Below are positions 23,050 to 35,957 of a stretch of 64,000 nt of DNA, piece after piece. This DNA is from Azolla caroliniana (lineage: Eukaryota > Plantae > Polypodiophyta): NCBI GenBank assembly GCA_043228905.1, contig JBHGNT010000012.1, positions 2,232,001 through 2,296,000 of the forward strand, written 5' to 3'. The notes beneath the pieces are model-generated. The model worked only from the letters and a program-made list of their open reading frames with translations, did no database searches and had not been told where the DNA came from. Made by a program: the position numbers and the translations under genes. The stretch's first letter is position 1. Each line of letters opens with the position of its first letter.

Positions 23050-23270
23050 TTGATACTAAGCATTGGCATATCCCTATGATTCTAGGTACTGCCCCATCAC
23101 CTCTCATACTGGGTATTGGCACACACCTATGATACTAAATGCTGGCACATCACCTCTTATACTAGGGACTACCACACACCTATGCTACTAGATATCGGCA
23201 CATCACCTATAACACTAGGTACTGGCACATCACCTATGATACTATGTATTGGCACATCACCTATGATAAT
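23050..23270. repeat. Degenerate ~27-bp tandem repeat downstream of the DUF789 gene
   Basis: Recurring GGCACATCACCTATGATACTAGGTACT-like units. Confidence 0.7.
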
Positions 23271-23464
23271 CCAACTATATATCACCCACCCCCATCCCCC
23301 CTTCTTTAAGAACCTGAAAGAAAAAAAGCAAAAGTACTGTCACAAAGCACCTACTAAATACACTATCAAACCACCTCCCTATCTCTTGCAAAATTGGTTA
23401 GCAATTTTTCGTCTTCATCTTCGATCGAATCCTTTCCTCGTTTCCGAGAGTTCAACCCAGTTTT

Positions 23465-26400
23465 TTAAGTTGTAATGCCCTCCCTCGAGACGAAGAAATC
23501 AAAGTCAGGATGTCGGACTTTGAGTTGTCGTATCCATGAGTCCGCAGAGTTAATGAGAGACATGACACGTTCTTTATCAGCAGCCTTTGCCGAAGCCCAA
23601 AATGGACCCCTTAGCTTATAAGAGGCCAAGCCAAATGCAGGCAACTCGACCACCATCCCAGGTTTAACCCTCCATGCTGCGTGCTCGTGGAGCCACTTCT
23701 CTTGCTCTTGTTTCATATTGTTGCTTGAATTATCTGAAACCAACATCTGATCTGAACCCATCCAACATGTATTTCTGTAGCAGTTGTCATCTAACACTAA
23801 GGCTGGACTAGACCTGAAGTCAACCTGTGCATCTATGACAATGAAGATATGTTTTATAACCAATCCGTTCTTAAAGAAACAAACATGAAAGGATGTTTTT
23901 AGCAAAGACAAAATGTTTTACTATATTGTATATTCAAGGCATGTCAATGACATTTTCAGTAAAAATAAAATTTGAACACATTTTTGTTGAAGAGTGAATG
24001 TTATTACGATGGTTTTTGTAAAGAAAACAATGTTGAAGTAAGATGGTTTTGTAAAGAAAAAATGTTGAGATAAGATGTATCTGTAAAGAAAAACAATGTG
24101 TGTTTGATGATTCATCCACACCTTGAAGCAAGGGAGGCGTCCAGAGAGAATGGAATGTGAGGAAACATGTTGGCAAATCACTCATCGTTGGTCCGGTAGG
24201 TATACGATATATCGGATACCTGTATAGATTTATAAAGATAATGATTATTAATTTATTAGTACTTAATTTTAACAAGGTTCCACACGCACAATACTAGCAT
24301 GCCTTCCTTGAAAGAAATTTGATTTTCCTTGTTCTTTTGATAGCTTACCATGCAACTGAGACCCAACTTGCTGGAGACAATTCATTACTCTTAAGTGTGT
24401 AGAGCTGAGGAAAATCAACAGCAAGCTCCCGAATCTGCCCGAGTGCAGGAAAACATTATGTATCATGATGCAATTTTACCCAATAAGGACATAACATGAT
24501 ACTATTAGGTTTATTTTCACAAATACTATTGTTCGTATTTTCTCTTAAACCCTAGGTTGGTCTATGTCCCTATCGTAGCTATGCACATTTTTGCGGTGAC
24601 CAAATGCGTATCCACAATATAATGGGGCAACCCCTGGTCAACTTCACTCTAATGATAATTGACATCTGTGGATTGATAGTAAACAAAAAAGATACTTCAC
24701 TTATAGTATAATTGATAGTTAATGAACAAAATATTGTGTTACTGTTTCCTAAACTTCTCCTCATCTTTCCTGAACTGAACAGGAGGTTCCCATTAACATA
24801 ATCTTGGCTAACACCATAAAGAATGTCAAGCCTACCCCAGAAATTAAGATAGAAAGAAATGCAGGGATTTGTATTATATTGAGCCTCCCCACATGATAGT
24901 AACCCAACTAGGAATCTCGATTCCAATAAGCACAACAATAACCATGATGGCTCTGGCCTCCATGTAGACCCATGTATCCACATTGAAGTCTACAGTAGAC
25001 GCATAATAACCCCGGGCAATGAATAAAGGAGATTCAACTTAGATTATGGCATATACCATGTCTGGATGGGGAGTGGAGACGGCATAATAGATATATTTAT
25101 AAATGTATACATGGATGTATCAATGTATGTGTGTATTTATATACATCTATGTATATGTATGGATGTATCTGGATGCATATCTGCATTTGTTTGTGTGTGT
25201 GTGTATGAGTAAGTGTGTCTGTGTGTGTGTATGTGTGCATTAAGTGGTATATGTATATCTTTACATCTACGTATATATGCATACCTTTCCTGCAAGAGGT
25301 GTTCGACCATAGGGAGAACATCTTTCAAAATATTCGAACACAAGGTCTCCTTGTCTACACTCAGATTCATCGCTCGACATACTAAAGCTCAGCCTATCTG
25401 AAGAAACACAGCTTAGGTTATCCCAGTATTGCTCTGTCACAGCCTTCACCTGAAACTTCGATTGCATTTTCTCGTTCTCATTGTCACTCCCAAAATCACT
25501 ACTAGCTACACTTCGCATGTCGCTGACATCGCTCCAATCACTCTCCTCATGGTATGGAGGCCTAGCCAAACAATCAAAATGTCATCATTATACAAGCAAA
25601 AACTAATATGGAATTTAACAGGTGAAAACAAAACAAAAAAAGCATGGACAACATTTCACAAACAAAAAAAAACATGGACTTCTATTGATCTATTATTACT
25701 GTGGTTCAATGGACTGACACACAATCATGTTGAATGCATAAGATCATGGGATAAACAAGGTAAAAGAGTCGAATGCACGGCAGTATATATATATACCTTT
25801 TACTAGTGTGGTAGATCTGCAAGGCTGAGAGGTAGGGCACATAGTACTGCATTATAGTCTCTCCACATGGTAAGACCAGAGGCACACCTGCTCCATACAC
25901 ACTCCACTCATCAAAAGACGCCCACAAGTCACCCAGATTGAAGAAAATTGGCTTTCCCTCCTCGTCAGCCCCTAGTTGCTTCCACTTTCCATATAAAGCT
26001 TCATCTTCATACATAGCCTGTGCACATTTCCATACCAAGATTAGGGTTCTAAGTTGGTATTTTAAGAGTGAAGATTTATATCCATGGATGAGCCATGATA
26101 ATCTTCAACCATCACAACAATATTACATCACGAGAAGCTTTAGAATTCCCACCCCCCCCCCCAATCCCATCTTGGATATTTCTGTCTTTCCCACATGGGG
26201 AAAATGACTGTTTGAGGCGTCCCCTAATAATAATGTGATGACATTCAATCACAAGAAACTTTCGATATTGTCCCAGTGTCGGACAGACAAATATTATTAT
26301 TAGTCTTTCCCACATGGAGAAAATGATGCCCAAATTTCTTGCGACATAAATATTGTTTGATGATAGATTCTCTGTTTTGAGAAATCCCTAAATTTTACTT

Positions 26401-26801
26401 AGTGCTACCACTGATTTCCCCACTCCATGCCCACATCAAATCTCTTAAATGATGTTCACAGTGTTTATCAAAATGTATGGATAAGATGGGAAATAGCCAA
26501 TTTCCCATATGAAGAAACCTAGGCTATTAATCCCACATCAGCGAAAATGTCTAAAGATTCCTGTGATATATATATATATGACATCCAACTAGACCTAAGT
26601 GAATGTATGAACGAATGGATTAAATTGTATTACCTTGGGCAAGCATTGCACTGACGGAGTGATGTGATCCAAGAAAAACTCAAGGTTCGATTTGCCCTCC
26701 ACATTCAAACCGATCTCACTGGGCAATATGTTTGTGAAGGTACTCTCATCCTCTTTGGGATTATAAGTGTTGATATGCAAAACATTGCAACTACTTGCCA
26801 T
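23465..26801 (-). CDS. DUF789 family plant protein, 6 exons: 26801-26634, 26017-25797, 25561-25285, 24434-24349, 24219-24122, 23832-23465 (about 405 aa)
   Basis: DUF789 motifs [92 protein letters not shown] and HPDFDFF; GT-AG introns give consistent phases (1218 nt total). Confidence 0.92.
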
Positions 26802-27159
26802 GATGGATTAATGGTTCCCTGCACACGCCTTTATCCTAAATTTGACCTGGTTATTTCTTGCACTTCTTGATTCTAGATATGCATAATTATCTATGCGGAT
26901 GTGGATCCTATACGATGGTTAGTTTGAGCAATGCCTTTTGAGTTGTAACAAAAATGATGAGCTCAACTAGTCCCACATAATGATGATGGATGATGCTTTA
27001 GTAGTGATATGTACAACAAATTACCTCTAATGATGCAAATGCGGTTAACCTTGAAATGTAATTGAAGGAAAGAGCACATGAATTTGAGCATAACAACATG
27101 GTGTTCAAGATCATTTGGAATATAGAATAGAGGGAGAGATCAGAGAATTTTAGTGAATT

Positions 27160-27600
27160 TAAATCGCCAAAATGGAAATCTTATATAAGAATGGTGACTG
27201 TCCAGATGAGAGATTAAGAAGAAATGCAGACAGTCCAGATGAGATCTTGCAGAAAATGTAGATCGCCCAAATGGAGATTAGCCAGAAAAATATTTGCAGC
27301 AAGTGGATGATGGCCCAAATGAGGTTCCGGAAGGACAATAAGCACCCAAATGAATTTTTTTTTCCAAGACAAAAAAGATCGCCCAAATGAGGTTTTCCAA
27401 GAGAAAATTATCACCCAAATGAATTTTTTTCCAAGACAAAAAAGATCGCCCAAATGAGATTTTCCAAGAGAAAATTATCACCCAAATGAATTTTGGCAAG
27501 ACAAATTATCTCTCCGATTAAGTTTCGCCAGAGAAATGGTCGCCCAAATGAAAGAAGACAAAAACACAGAAGAGGGGAGATCGCCCAAATGGAGCTTTTT
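27160..27600. repeat. Degenerate tandem repeat with a GATCGCCCAAATG core
   Basis: About 10 CCCAAATG/CCAGATG cores at roughly 30-40 bp spacing, including a ~67-bp duplicated block at 27345-27495. Confidence 0.7.
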
Positions 27601-27639
27601 TAGAGGAGGCGAAACAGGAAGGTGAAGAAACAGGGGGAA

Positions 27640-27897
27640 GGATTAATGAAGGATGAAGAAGGAAGAAGAAGAAGGAAGGAAGGAAAGAAAAGCAGGAAGG
27701 TGAAGGTGAAGGTGAAGGTGAAAGAAAGAAAGAAAGAAACAGAAGGACAACAGAAGAAAGAGAAGGATTTATGTGAGAGAGAGGAAAGCTGAAGAAGAAG
27801 AAGAAGAAGAAGAAGAAGCAGGGTAATAGTTTTTTGTTTTGTTTTTTATTCACAGGTGGAGACGCGTGTTGCAGGAAGACACAGACACAGAGAGAGA

Positions 27898-27930
<33 letters not shown>
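27640..27930. repeat. Purine-rich simple repeats (GAA, GAAGGT, GA); pyrimidine-rich leader region of DUF789 on the minus strand
   Basis: Seen directly in the sequence. Confidence 0.8.
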
Positions 27931-27933
<3 letters not shown>

Positions 27934-27999
27934 GACTGTGGCAGAAGGCCGCGTATTTCTTTACCCTAATTAATGGCGTAGAAAAAAAAGATTGGGAGA

Positions 28000-28103
28000 T
28001 ATGTATGGTATGTATGTATGCATGTATGTTAATGCTATGTGTATGTGTATGTGTATGTGTATGCGTATGCGTATGTGTATGTGTATGTGTATGCGTATGC
28101 GTA

Positions 28104-28162
<59 letters not shown>

Positions 28163-28233
28163 GTATGTATGTATGTATATATGTGTGTATGTGTGTACAT
28201 ATGTGTGTATGTGTGTATGTGTGTATGTATGTA

Positions 28234-28283
<50 letters not shown>

Positions 28284-28291
28284 CGTATGCA

Positions 28292-28322
<31 letters not shown>

Positions 28323-28401
28323 GTATGTATGTATGTATGTATATATGTGTGTATGTGTGTATGTGTGTACATATGTGTGTATGTGTGTATGTATGTATGT
28401 A

Positions 28402-28434
<33 letters not shown>

Positions 28435-28680
28435 ATGTACATATGTGTGTATGTGTGTATGTGTGTATGTACACATTTGTGTATGTATGGTATGGTATGT
28501 ATGTATGTATGTATGTATGTATGTTTGTACATATGTCTGTATATATGTATGTGTGTATGTATGTACATATGTTTGTGTCTATGTGTGTATGTATGTATAT
28601 ATGTTTGTGTATGTATGTATATATGTTTGTGTGTGTATGTGTATGTGTATATGTATGTATGTATGGATGTACATATTTGT
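28000..28680. repeat. Compound microsatellite (GTAT)n/(GT)n/(GTATGT)n
   Basis: About 680 bp of alternating purine-pyrimidine repeats. Confidence 0.95.
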
Positions 28681-29046
28681 CGTTGTCGACCCCAAGAGTT
28701 GTCTCGTACTAGCCATCACTGAAGGGCACAGTTTTAGCTATAGGTACTTACATTAAATAGTCAATCCGAAAGGTGATGTAACTAGTCTCATTTTCTTGAA
28801 CTTGATCGGAGGGAGATTCCCCAATCTATGTTTAAGCCTCCTTGTAAAGTCTCTTTGTAATAATCCTTCCTAACTAATGGGAAAGTAGCTTCATTCTGAG
28901 AAAAAAAAAAAATGTATGTATGTATTTGTGTGTGTGTTTGTGTTATAAAATAATATATTCATTCATGAGTATAAAGAAATATACGTAGAGATGTGATCCT
29001 CAAGTGATCATGGGACGGAACAACCATTTTGGTGGCTGAGAATGCC

Positions 29047-30050
29047 AAAAAGGGCCACCATCTTTGAAGGAGAGAAGAATATCTTTGTTGTAGAGAGTAA
29101 GAAATTGGAGACACTAAGCAATTTTAGCATCTGAATGCCTAAATAAAACCATCCCATTGTCCTTTAAAAGTATGGAGTCTTGACCATGTCCGGCCTAATG
29201 TTACGTGCCACTTCAACTAGTGAGACCCTAACTTGATGACAATGGAGGATAATCGAGCCTTCCTAATTCAACATATGTTAATATTACTCAATATTTCCCA
29301 TAATGGTTGCATCTCCTTCTTTCTTCCAAACCATCACCAAAGGAACTACACGAACCATTCTGAAACAAGTGCTAAAATTATGGTAAAGAGACTTGACATC
29401 ATAGCAGGCAACTTATATCCAAACCACCATTCCCCATGTGAATAATGGTGGTGGAAAGTAGTTGGCAAAGATTATTAGCATACATTTCCATACCAATCAA
29501 GACTCAAGGCAATCCCACAGACATTATTTCTATGATTGTTTCGGCAAACAACATCGACCACAATTAAAGGATACAAACATTTTGTGCAACCCCAATACCA
29601 ACAGGCAAGGCTCGATTCACAAGCAACAATTGCACATGACGTATTTGACATTATTGTTTCCTTTCCCATACCTTACACCAAAACTTGGGAGTAGGACCTT
29701 GTTGACTTCTAACATCTGTATTGAAATATCATTGGTGAAACATCCTATGAATTAGAAATATATTGAAATATCTAATTGAACAATGTATTTTTTAAAATTG
29801 AACTTGTTGCAAGTAAATGGATTTGTCCATAAATAGTCAGTTGGGTCCCATGCCAAACCTAAAGAAAGGTTGATTACTGTACACCCACAAATTCCAACAT
29901 GCCTTTACATCCTCTATCAAAAATCAAGAGAGAAGTATGATTTCTCATGCAACATTATAAGAATCCCACTCCACCTTTGTAAAATCTGTTTTGTGATCAA
30001 TATTTGAAGAGAAACTATGGTTCTGTTCAGATAAGACACGAAAGCTCATA
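29047..30050 (-). mobile_element. Degenerate LINE ORF2 3' part (zf-RVT and C-terminus)
   Basis: Minus strand gives a CGRC...CLWDC-like zinc finger followed by LWEILSN...RKAR...HTFKGQWD; many stops. Confidence 0.55.
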
Positions 30051-31643
30051 AACCCCATCTAAGTAGGGTTCCTTCACCCCTCCTATGACACTTCTAGACC
30101 AATGTAACCTAATATGTCGAAACTAATTCACTCTCGTGGTGGTATTGTCAATGAGAAATAGATAAATCCCACCCACCCTCCAACATGAAATTGTTTGGGG
30201 TTTGCCTTTTAGGCACAATATGAAGGAGTAGTTATCACCATCAATGCAACAAAGGTACTTATTCAAATAGTCGAAGTGAAGTGCAATATAGGTTTGCTTA
30301 AACTTACACTCACTGGGCCGAACATAACATGCAATACAACAAAGCTTTTGGAATTATTCATTGATTGGGCATAAAATTGAAACCATCCAACGGTTGTACA
30401 TATGTTTGGATTTATGTGTTTGTCCAGCCAATAGCCTCACATTTCAAATAGCTAGTCATAGAATACATTCTATAATCTTTTGCCTAAACCTGTGAGGAGG
30501 AATATATTGCAAGTGGGAGAAACACCACCTTTTATTAGCATTGCTATCATATTCATTCTTTGTATTGTTGAAAATTATGTCGATGTTATAAAGTAATTTT
30601 TTTAAACATAAACCAATAGTGGGCATAATCTCGAATTAAGATTAGGAATAATGTTGATGAGAAATACACATCAATCCAATTGTTGGAGGCTCCACCCACA
30701 CCTTGTTATTATAAAGCACGAGATTTACCACTATACCATCATGTCTATATATATTTTTTAAATTGATAATGGTTGAAACTGTAGTCAAGAAGTTGTGGAA
30801 AGTTTGAAGACTTGTATATCATGTGTCATTACAATGTTTTCATAGTGTTATTTAGCACATGATGTATTGTTTGATTGTTATTTCATAAATGACAACGAAG
30901 TAGAAGAATCAATCGTGCATTGTTCACGAGAATAAGATGGTTGCCCTTCCTTTTAGACAAGGATAATAATTCAATTACTTGGACAATTATTTTAAAACAT
31001 AAAGTCGACGTTATGGAAGATTATGCATTTGCCCCATCTAATGATCCTCTGAATCCAAACAAAGTTCCTTGATCGTAGAGTTGCTTAAAACCAACTTAAT
31101 GCATGTTATTTCTAATAAGCAAGTGTGCAAATTTTTACCATGAATGAAAATCAAGTGGTAGCAATGTTTGACAAACAAGAGGCAAATGATCTGCACAACC
31201 ATTTACGATGTTGACAAGCTAAGCCAAAGGAGATCGCCGTGTTATTTGTAGTCTACATTTGATTCATTGAAAGACAATAAAAAAAGTGTAATATGAATGG
31301 CAACGAGAGTTCTTCTTTCGAACATAATTATCCTTGGATTGCTTAATGGTAGAAATAATTGAGTGTAATAATTTCATAAGAATTCTAGGCAAAAGGATCA
31401 TGCAAGAACTCAATGTCACATTATAGCTATAACCTATGAATCTAGCAAAGCATATACTTTTCGTTGAGCATCAAACCAACAATATTGTCAATCACTTTAA
31501 AGAGAAACCGTTGAACTCAAACCGACAATTATCCTTTGCCAAAATACCCAAAGAGCCACCCGATTAATTTAAGCAATTGAAATCTTAGTTGATAATAATA
31601 TCAGTTAACAACATTAGTAATCATATTAGTTCCCATTCTTGAG

Positions 31644-32199
31644 TAGCAATGGGCCCGGTTCAAAACCAAACCAAACCGTTTATAAACATTCGAACATTTA
31701 AACCAAACCATTTAAACAAAATGTAAACTAAACCATTTAAACCAAAACCGTTTAGGGAAAAGTTAAAACCAAACCGAACCATTTAATAAAAAGTTTAAAC
31801 ATAACCACATTTTAGCCAAGCTAATTAAAAAATTAATTCAATAAAAATACACAAAATTAAATAAGCATTTATGTTTAAATAAATAAATAAATAAATAACA
31901 TTAATTGAGCCATTAGATTAAATAAACAATTAAGTTAAGTGAATTAAACCAATGAAAAAAATTAATTAAACCATTAAATTACATAAACATTTAATGGATA
32001 AAAAAAGATAGCCCAAAAACCTATAAATCTATAAACCAAACCTATAAACCCTAGTTTCAAAACCAAACCGAACTGAAACCGAACCGTTTATTATTAATTA
32101 AAACCAAACCAAACCATTTAATTATTTTGGAACTTATAAACCTTTAAACCATGGTTTAACGGTTCGGTTCGGTTTAAGCCAAAACCGGGCCCATTGCTA
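31644..32199. mobile_element. Non-autonomous hAT element (MITE), 556 bp
   Basis: 17-bp perfect TIR TAGCAATGGGCCCGGTT / AACCGGGCCCATTGCTA; 8-bp TSD TTCTTGAG at 31636-31643 and 32200-32207; subterminal AAACC/AACCG motifs. Confidence 0.93.
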
Positions 32200-33759
32200 T
32201 TCTTGAGCGTGGATTATGGTACAATAAATTTCATTTCCTTTTTTGTGTTGATAAATCTTAGTGCAAGGGTAAATTTAAAACTCATTATCTGCAACTCATG
32301 AACATGTCATGTTGGCCACACACTCTACCCTTTAATGATCATTTTTTGACGAACCAACAATTGAATGATACATAAAACAATTCTCTTATTCCTATTCAAT
32401 CTACTTTTGCAACGAATATTTTATTGCCTACACACCCAACTCCATGCGCTATTAGTTGTCTACGTATATCTTGTCATTTGTTGAATGAGTAGAATGAGTA
32501 GGAACTATTGGTTATTAGAGAGATATTCATTTTTAACATGGGGGGATATTTGAATGTGACTATTTCACAGGAGTTTCAAGTAAAAGGTAACTTAGCAAAG
32601 TATATAGGTTTCTTTGAACTTTAAAGCAACACTATTGTCAATCACTTTAAAAAGTAATATTTGAACTCATAAGTGACAATTCTAGGAACAAGACTTTTAT
32701 TCAAGACCAATGTATCACAACACATTGCGCCAAACTTAAAACCATCTTCTTCCCCAAATGGAGAAACCACAATCACCAATACATGATCTGCTTGCTCCAA
32801 TAGAACTCAGATCACATTCTCTTTGATGTCAAACAGGGTATTGGCCCTTGGGGCACAAGTGAGGAGAGTCAATGAGCCACAGTGAGGAGACTTGTTGGTT
32901 GTGCCTATTTTGATGAAACACGTTTAGGAGTTAAGAGTATCACACACTTATTACAATGTGTCGTATTTTATCACATTGAACTCTTTGAGCTTAATTTCTT
33001 ATATATCTCAATGTGCACTCTTGATTGCAACATTTTTAATAAAAAAAGTAATATTGAGGATCTCAATCCCACACGTACTATGGAAAAATGATTCATTTTT
33101 TGTCCTATAAGTTGTTTGAGGACAATCATAATCTCAATCCTGAATGTTAGGTACTATATAAGGGAAGAAGACCTATTGATCGTATTCAACTTTACCTTAT
33201 TACTAACATTGAGTATTAACTCTTGTAGAGCCTGAACACTCTGTCACACTCGATCACACAACCTAGGTATTGAAGTTGACTTATGACATCAAAATTAGCC
33301 AATTATAAAAGCATGAAAGGTATGCAAGGAAGGTCTAGTAAAGGATGAGTATCACTTGCTTTTACACGCTCAACACATAGTACAATTCGTGAAAGCTATG
33401 GTGATATATTAAGAGGGGGTGATGACTTGAGTATCAAACTAAAGAAAATGCCTAGAAGGTTGAGTTTATATGTGTATGCCTTATTCACACATCGACACTC
33501 GATGCAATCAAGCTATCAAACAAGGTTTCCCAAAAGATTCACTCATGAATTGGATTAAACCAAACCGTGAAAGAGAAAAAAAAATCATATCCAACTATTG
33601 AAGTATCATGGTTAGCTCAATTATGGCCAAGTTGTATAGTGCTATCATGGAATAAAAGATTACCTCATGGGTTGAGTGTCATCACAAATGAGCACTTGAT
33701 CAAGGAGGCTTTAGACCAAAATAGTAAACTACCCTATCATTTGGTTACACTAATAAAGT

Positions 33760-34520
33760 TTACTTCAAGGGGAAATATATATTGTCGTTTTCTGCACTTT
33801 GAGAAAGACTTTGACACCACACCAAGGAGTGAGCTTTGGAAAAGAATGATAGAGATCAAAATGCCATTAGAGTGAGCAAATTAGGAGCCAAATAAAAATG
33901 GATAGTGATTTCTTGAAGTATTTTTTAAGCAACATAAGGGTCAAACAAGGGTGCTCACCCTCTCACGTGCCCTTTGGTCTATGCAAAACTTGACGAAACA
34001 ATAAACAAGGTTGCAAAAGAAGAAGGATTGGATGGTCCAAAACTCTTGTATGAGATTAGTTTTATACTGTATGTGTTGATGATGTTGTTTTATTCTCATA
34101 TAATTTGGATGATATGAAACACTTTGGACTCATTTTGTCAAATCAATGAGCTAATTGCTAATTTGGGCAAAATGAAAATGATGGCAACAAAGGTAATACA
34201 ACCAAGAAACTACTGCATATTTACATACAAGCTAGAACCAATACAAGTGGTGCAAAACTTCAAATATCTTGGTATTAAAGTCCTATCGACAATTAGGTGG
34301 AATATATGGTATGAGTCTTGACTTCAAGCGAGTTGGAATAGTTACTATATCTTCAAGAATCAATGCAACCATAGTGATACTTGAGGTGCAAAGTGAGATT
34401 GATGCTATTCAATGCTATGGTGGTCCAAGTGTTGCTTTATGGAGTGGAAATGTGGGGTGGCATTATCTTATTTAGTGCATGGAATGAAATAGAGAAAATC
34501 CAAAAAATGTTCTTATGTAG
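33760..34520 (+). pseudogene. Degenerate non-LTR retrotransposon RT fragment
   Basis: Frameshifted RT motifs: FLHFEKDFDT.PR..LW, VKQGC.LS, VDDVV, NFKYLGI and LLYGVEMWG. Confidence 0.7.
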
Positions 34521-35442
34521 ACTCTCTCTCTCTCTCTCAAATAGTAATGTATCAATTACGAAGATCGAATTACAATAGATGGAATATGATACTCTATTTA
34601 CACCAAAATTGACGAGGGTTCCCATGACATCCATCATCTCTATCTAGATACATTGTTATGGACCTATGTAGTCCCATGCAATAAAGGTCAATGCAAATGA
34701 CGAAGATGATACCTAAATGGCCTACAAATTCCTAACTCTTGTGACAACCTCCCACCAACAACACCACCACATCCACCTCTATCGCTCTCTCTCTTGAAGG
34801 TGACTTGATTGGTTTCATGCTTTTTTCCATCCTTAGGGCATGCATGTGAAGCTTTATTTCACCTTATTCTTTTATTGATGTTTACTCACGCGATTGAGCT
34901 CTTTTAAAAAAGTATATAAATATATTCAAAAGAGAAACTATAGTACAACAAAATGACTCAATATGAAACTTATGAAAGAAAGCATGCTCATTTACATGTG
35001 TTCTTTAAGAGACCATAGAGTTAAAAAAAGGGAAGCCAAAAGGGATCAAAATCTTAGACGTAAGTGTAAAGCCGACATGTGAGGGATGACTAAGCACATT
35101 CACCATGTATTACTTAGTTCAACTTTATTATGGTTTAAATGACCTTGTTCAATCAAGGTAAGGACTTCTCCTTTTATGAAAGTATATGTTTATTTTAGAA
35201 AACAAAGTCAATATTGGCAAATCGTAGCTTGTTAAGGAAGATTTTACTCACAAAATGAATAGGGTGGATTAGGAAATAGTGAGACGCATGTGAAGACATA
35301 CATTTGAGAGACATGGACCACAACATCAAAGAGGAAACCAGCCAATATATGTCATGATCAATGAATGCAAATGCATGGGTCTAAGCATCTAAAACACAGA
35401 TTGGTAAAACATGGACAATGTGCATGCATGGGCTAATGGTCA

Positions 35443-35957
35443 TCATATGTATAGAGATCTGAAAGACGACTCAACGAGACATGAACTTGTGTGGTATGTA
35501 GCTGAATAGATATAGAAAATGGTTAATGTATAGTTAATCCATGTTACAATAATATTTCCTTTATATGGTTTAAGTAAGCAAGCGAAGATGACATAAATGA
35601 TCTTATTCAGTAAGGGGTATCATATGTATAGACATCTGAAAGATGAGTTAGTGAGACGTAAACTTGTGTAGTATGTAGCTGAATAGATATAGAAAGTGGT
35701 TAATGTATAGGCAATCCATGTTACAATAATATTTTCTTTATATGGTTTAAGTAAGCAAGTGATGATGACATAAAGGATCTTGTTGAGTAAGGGGCATAAT
35801 ATGTATAGATATATGAAAGATGAATCGGTGAGACATGAACATGTGTGACCTATGTAGCTGAATAGATATAGAAAGTGGTAACTAATGTATAGATAATCCA
35901 ACCTGCAATAGCTTTTATATGGTTTAAGTAAGCACACGAAGATGACATACAAGATCT
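35443..35957. repeat. About 178-bp tandem repeat, 3 diverged units
   Basis: ATATGTATAGA.AT.TGAAAGA...TATGTAGCTGAATAGATATAGAAA...ATATGGTTTAAGTAAGCA begins at about 35443, 35621 and 35799. Confidence 0.88.

Noticed and set aside
27518-28756. Long ORFs (168-318 aa) rich in H/T/Y/I or C/V/M
   Set aside because: They are translations of the GT/GTAT microsatellite and have no protein-like complexity.
29424-29462. CCACCATT...AATGGTGG hairpin as a Helitron 3' end (also near 20425-20455)
   Set aside because: No CTRR terminus, and it lies within LINE-like remnant sequence.
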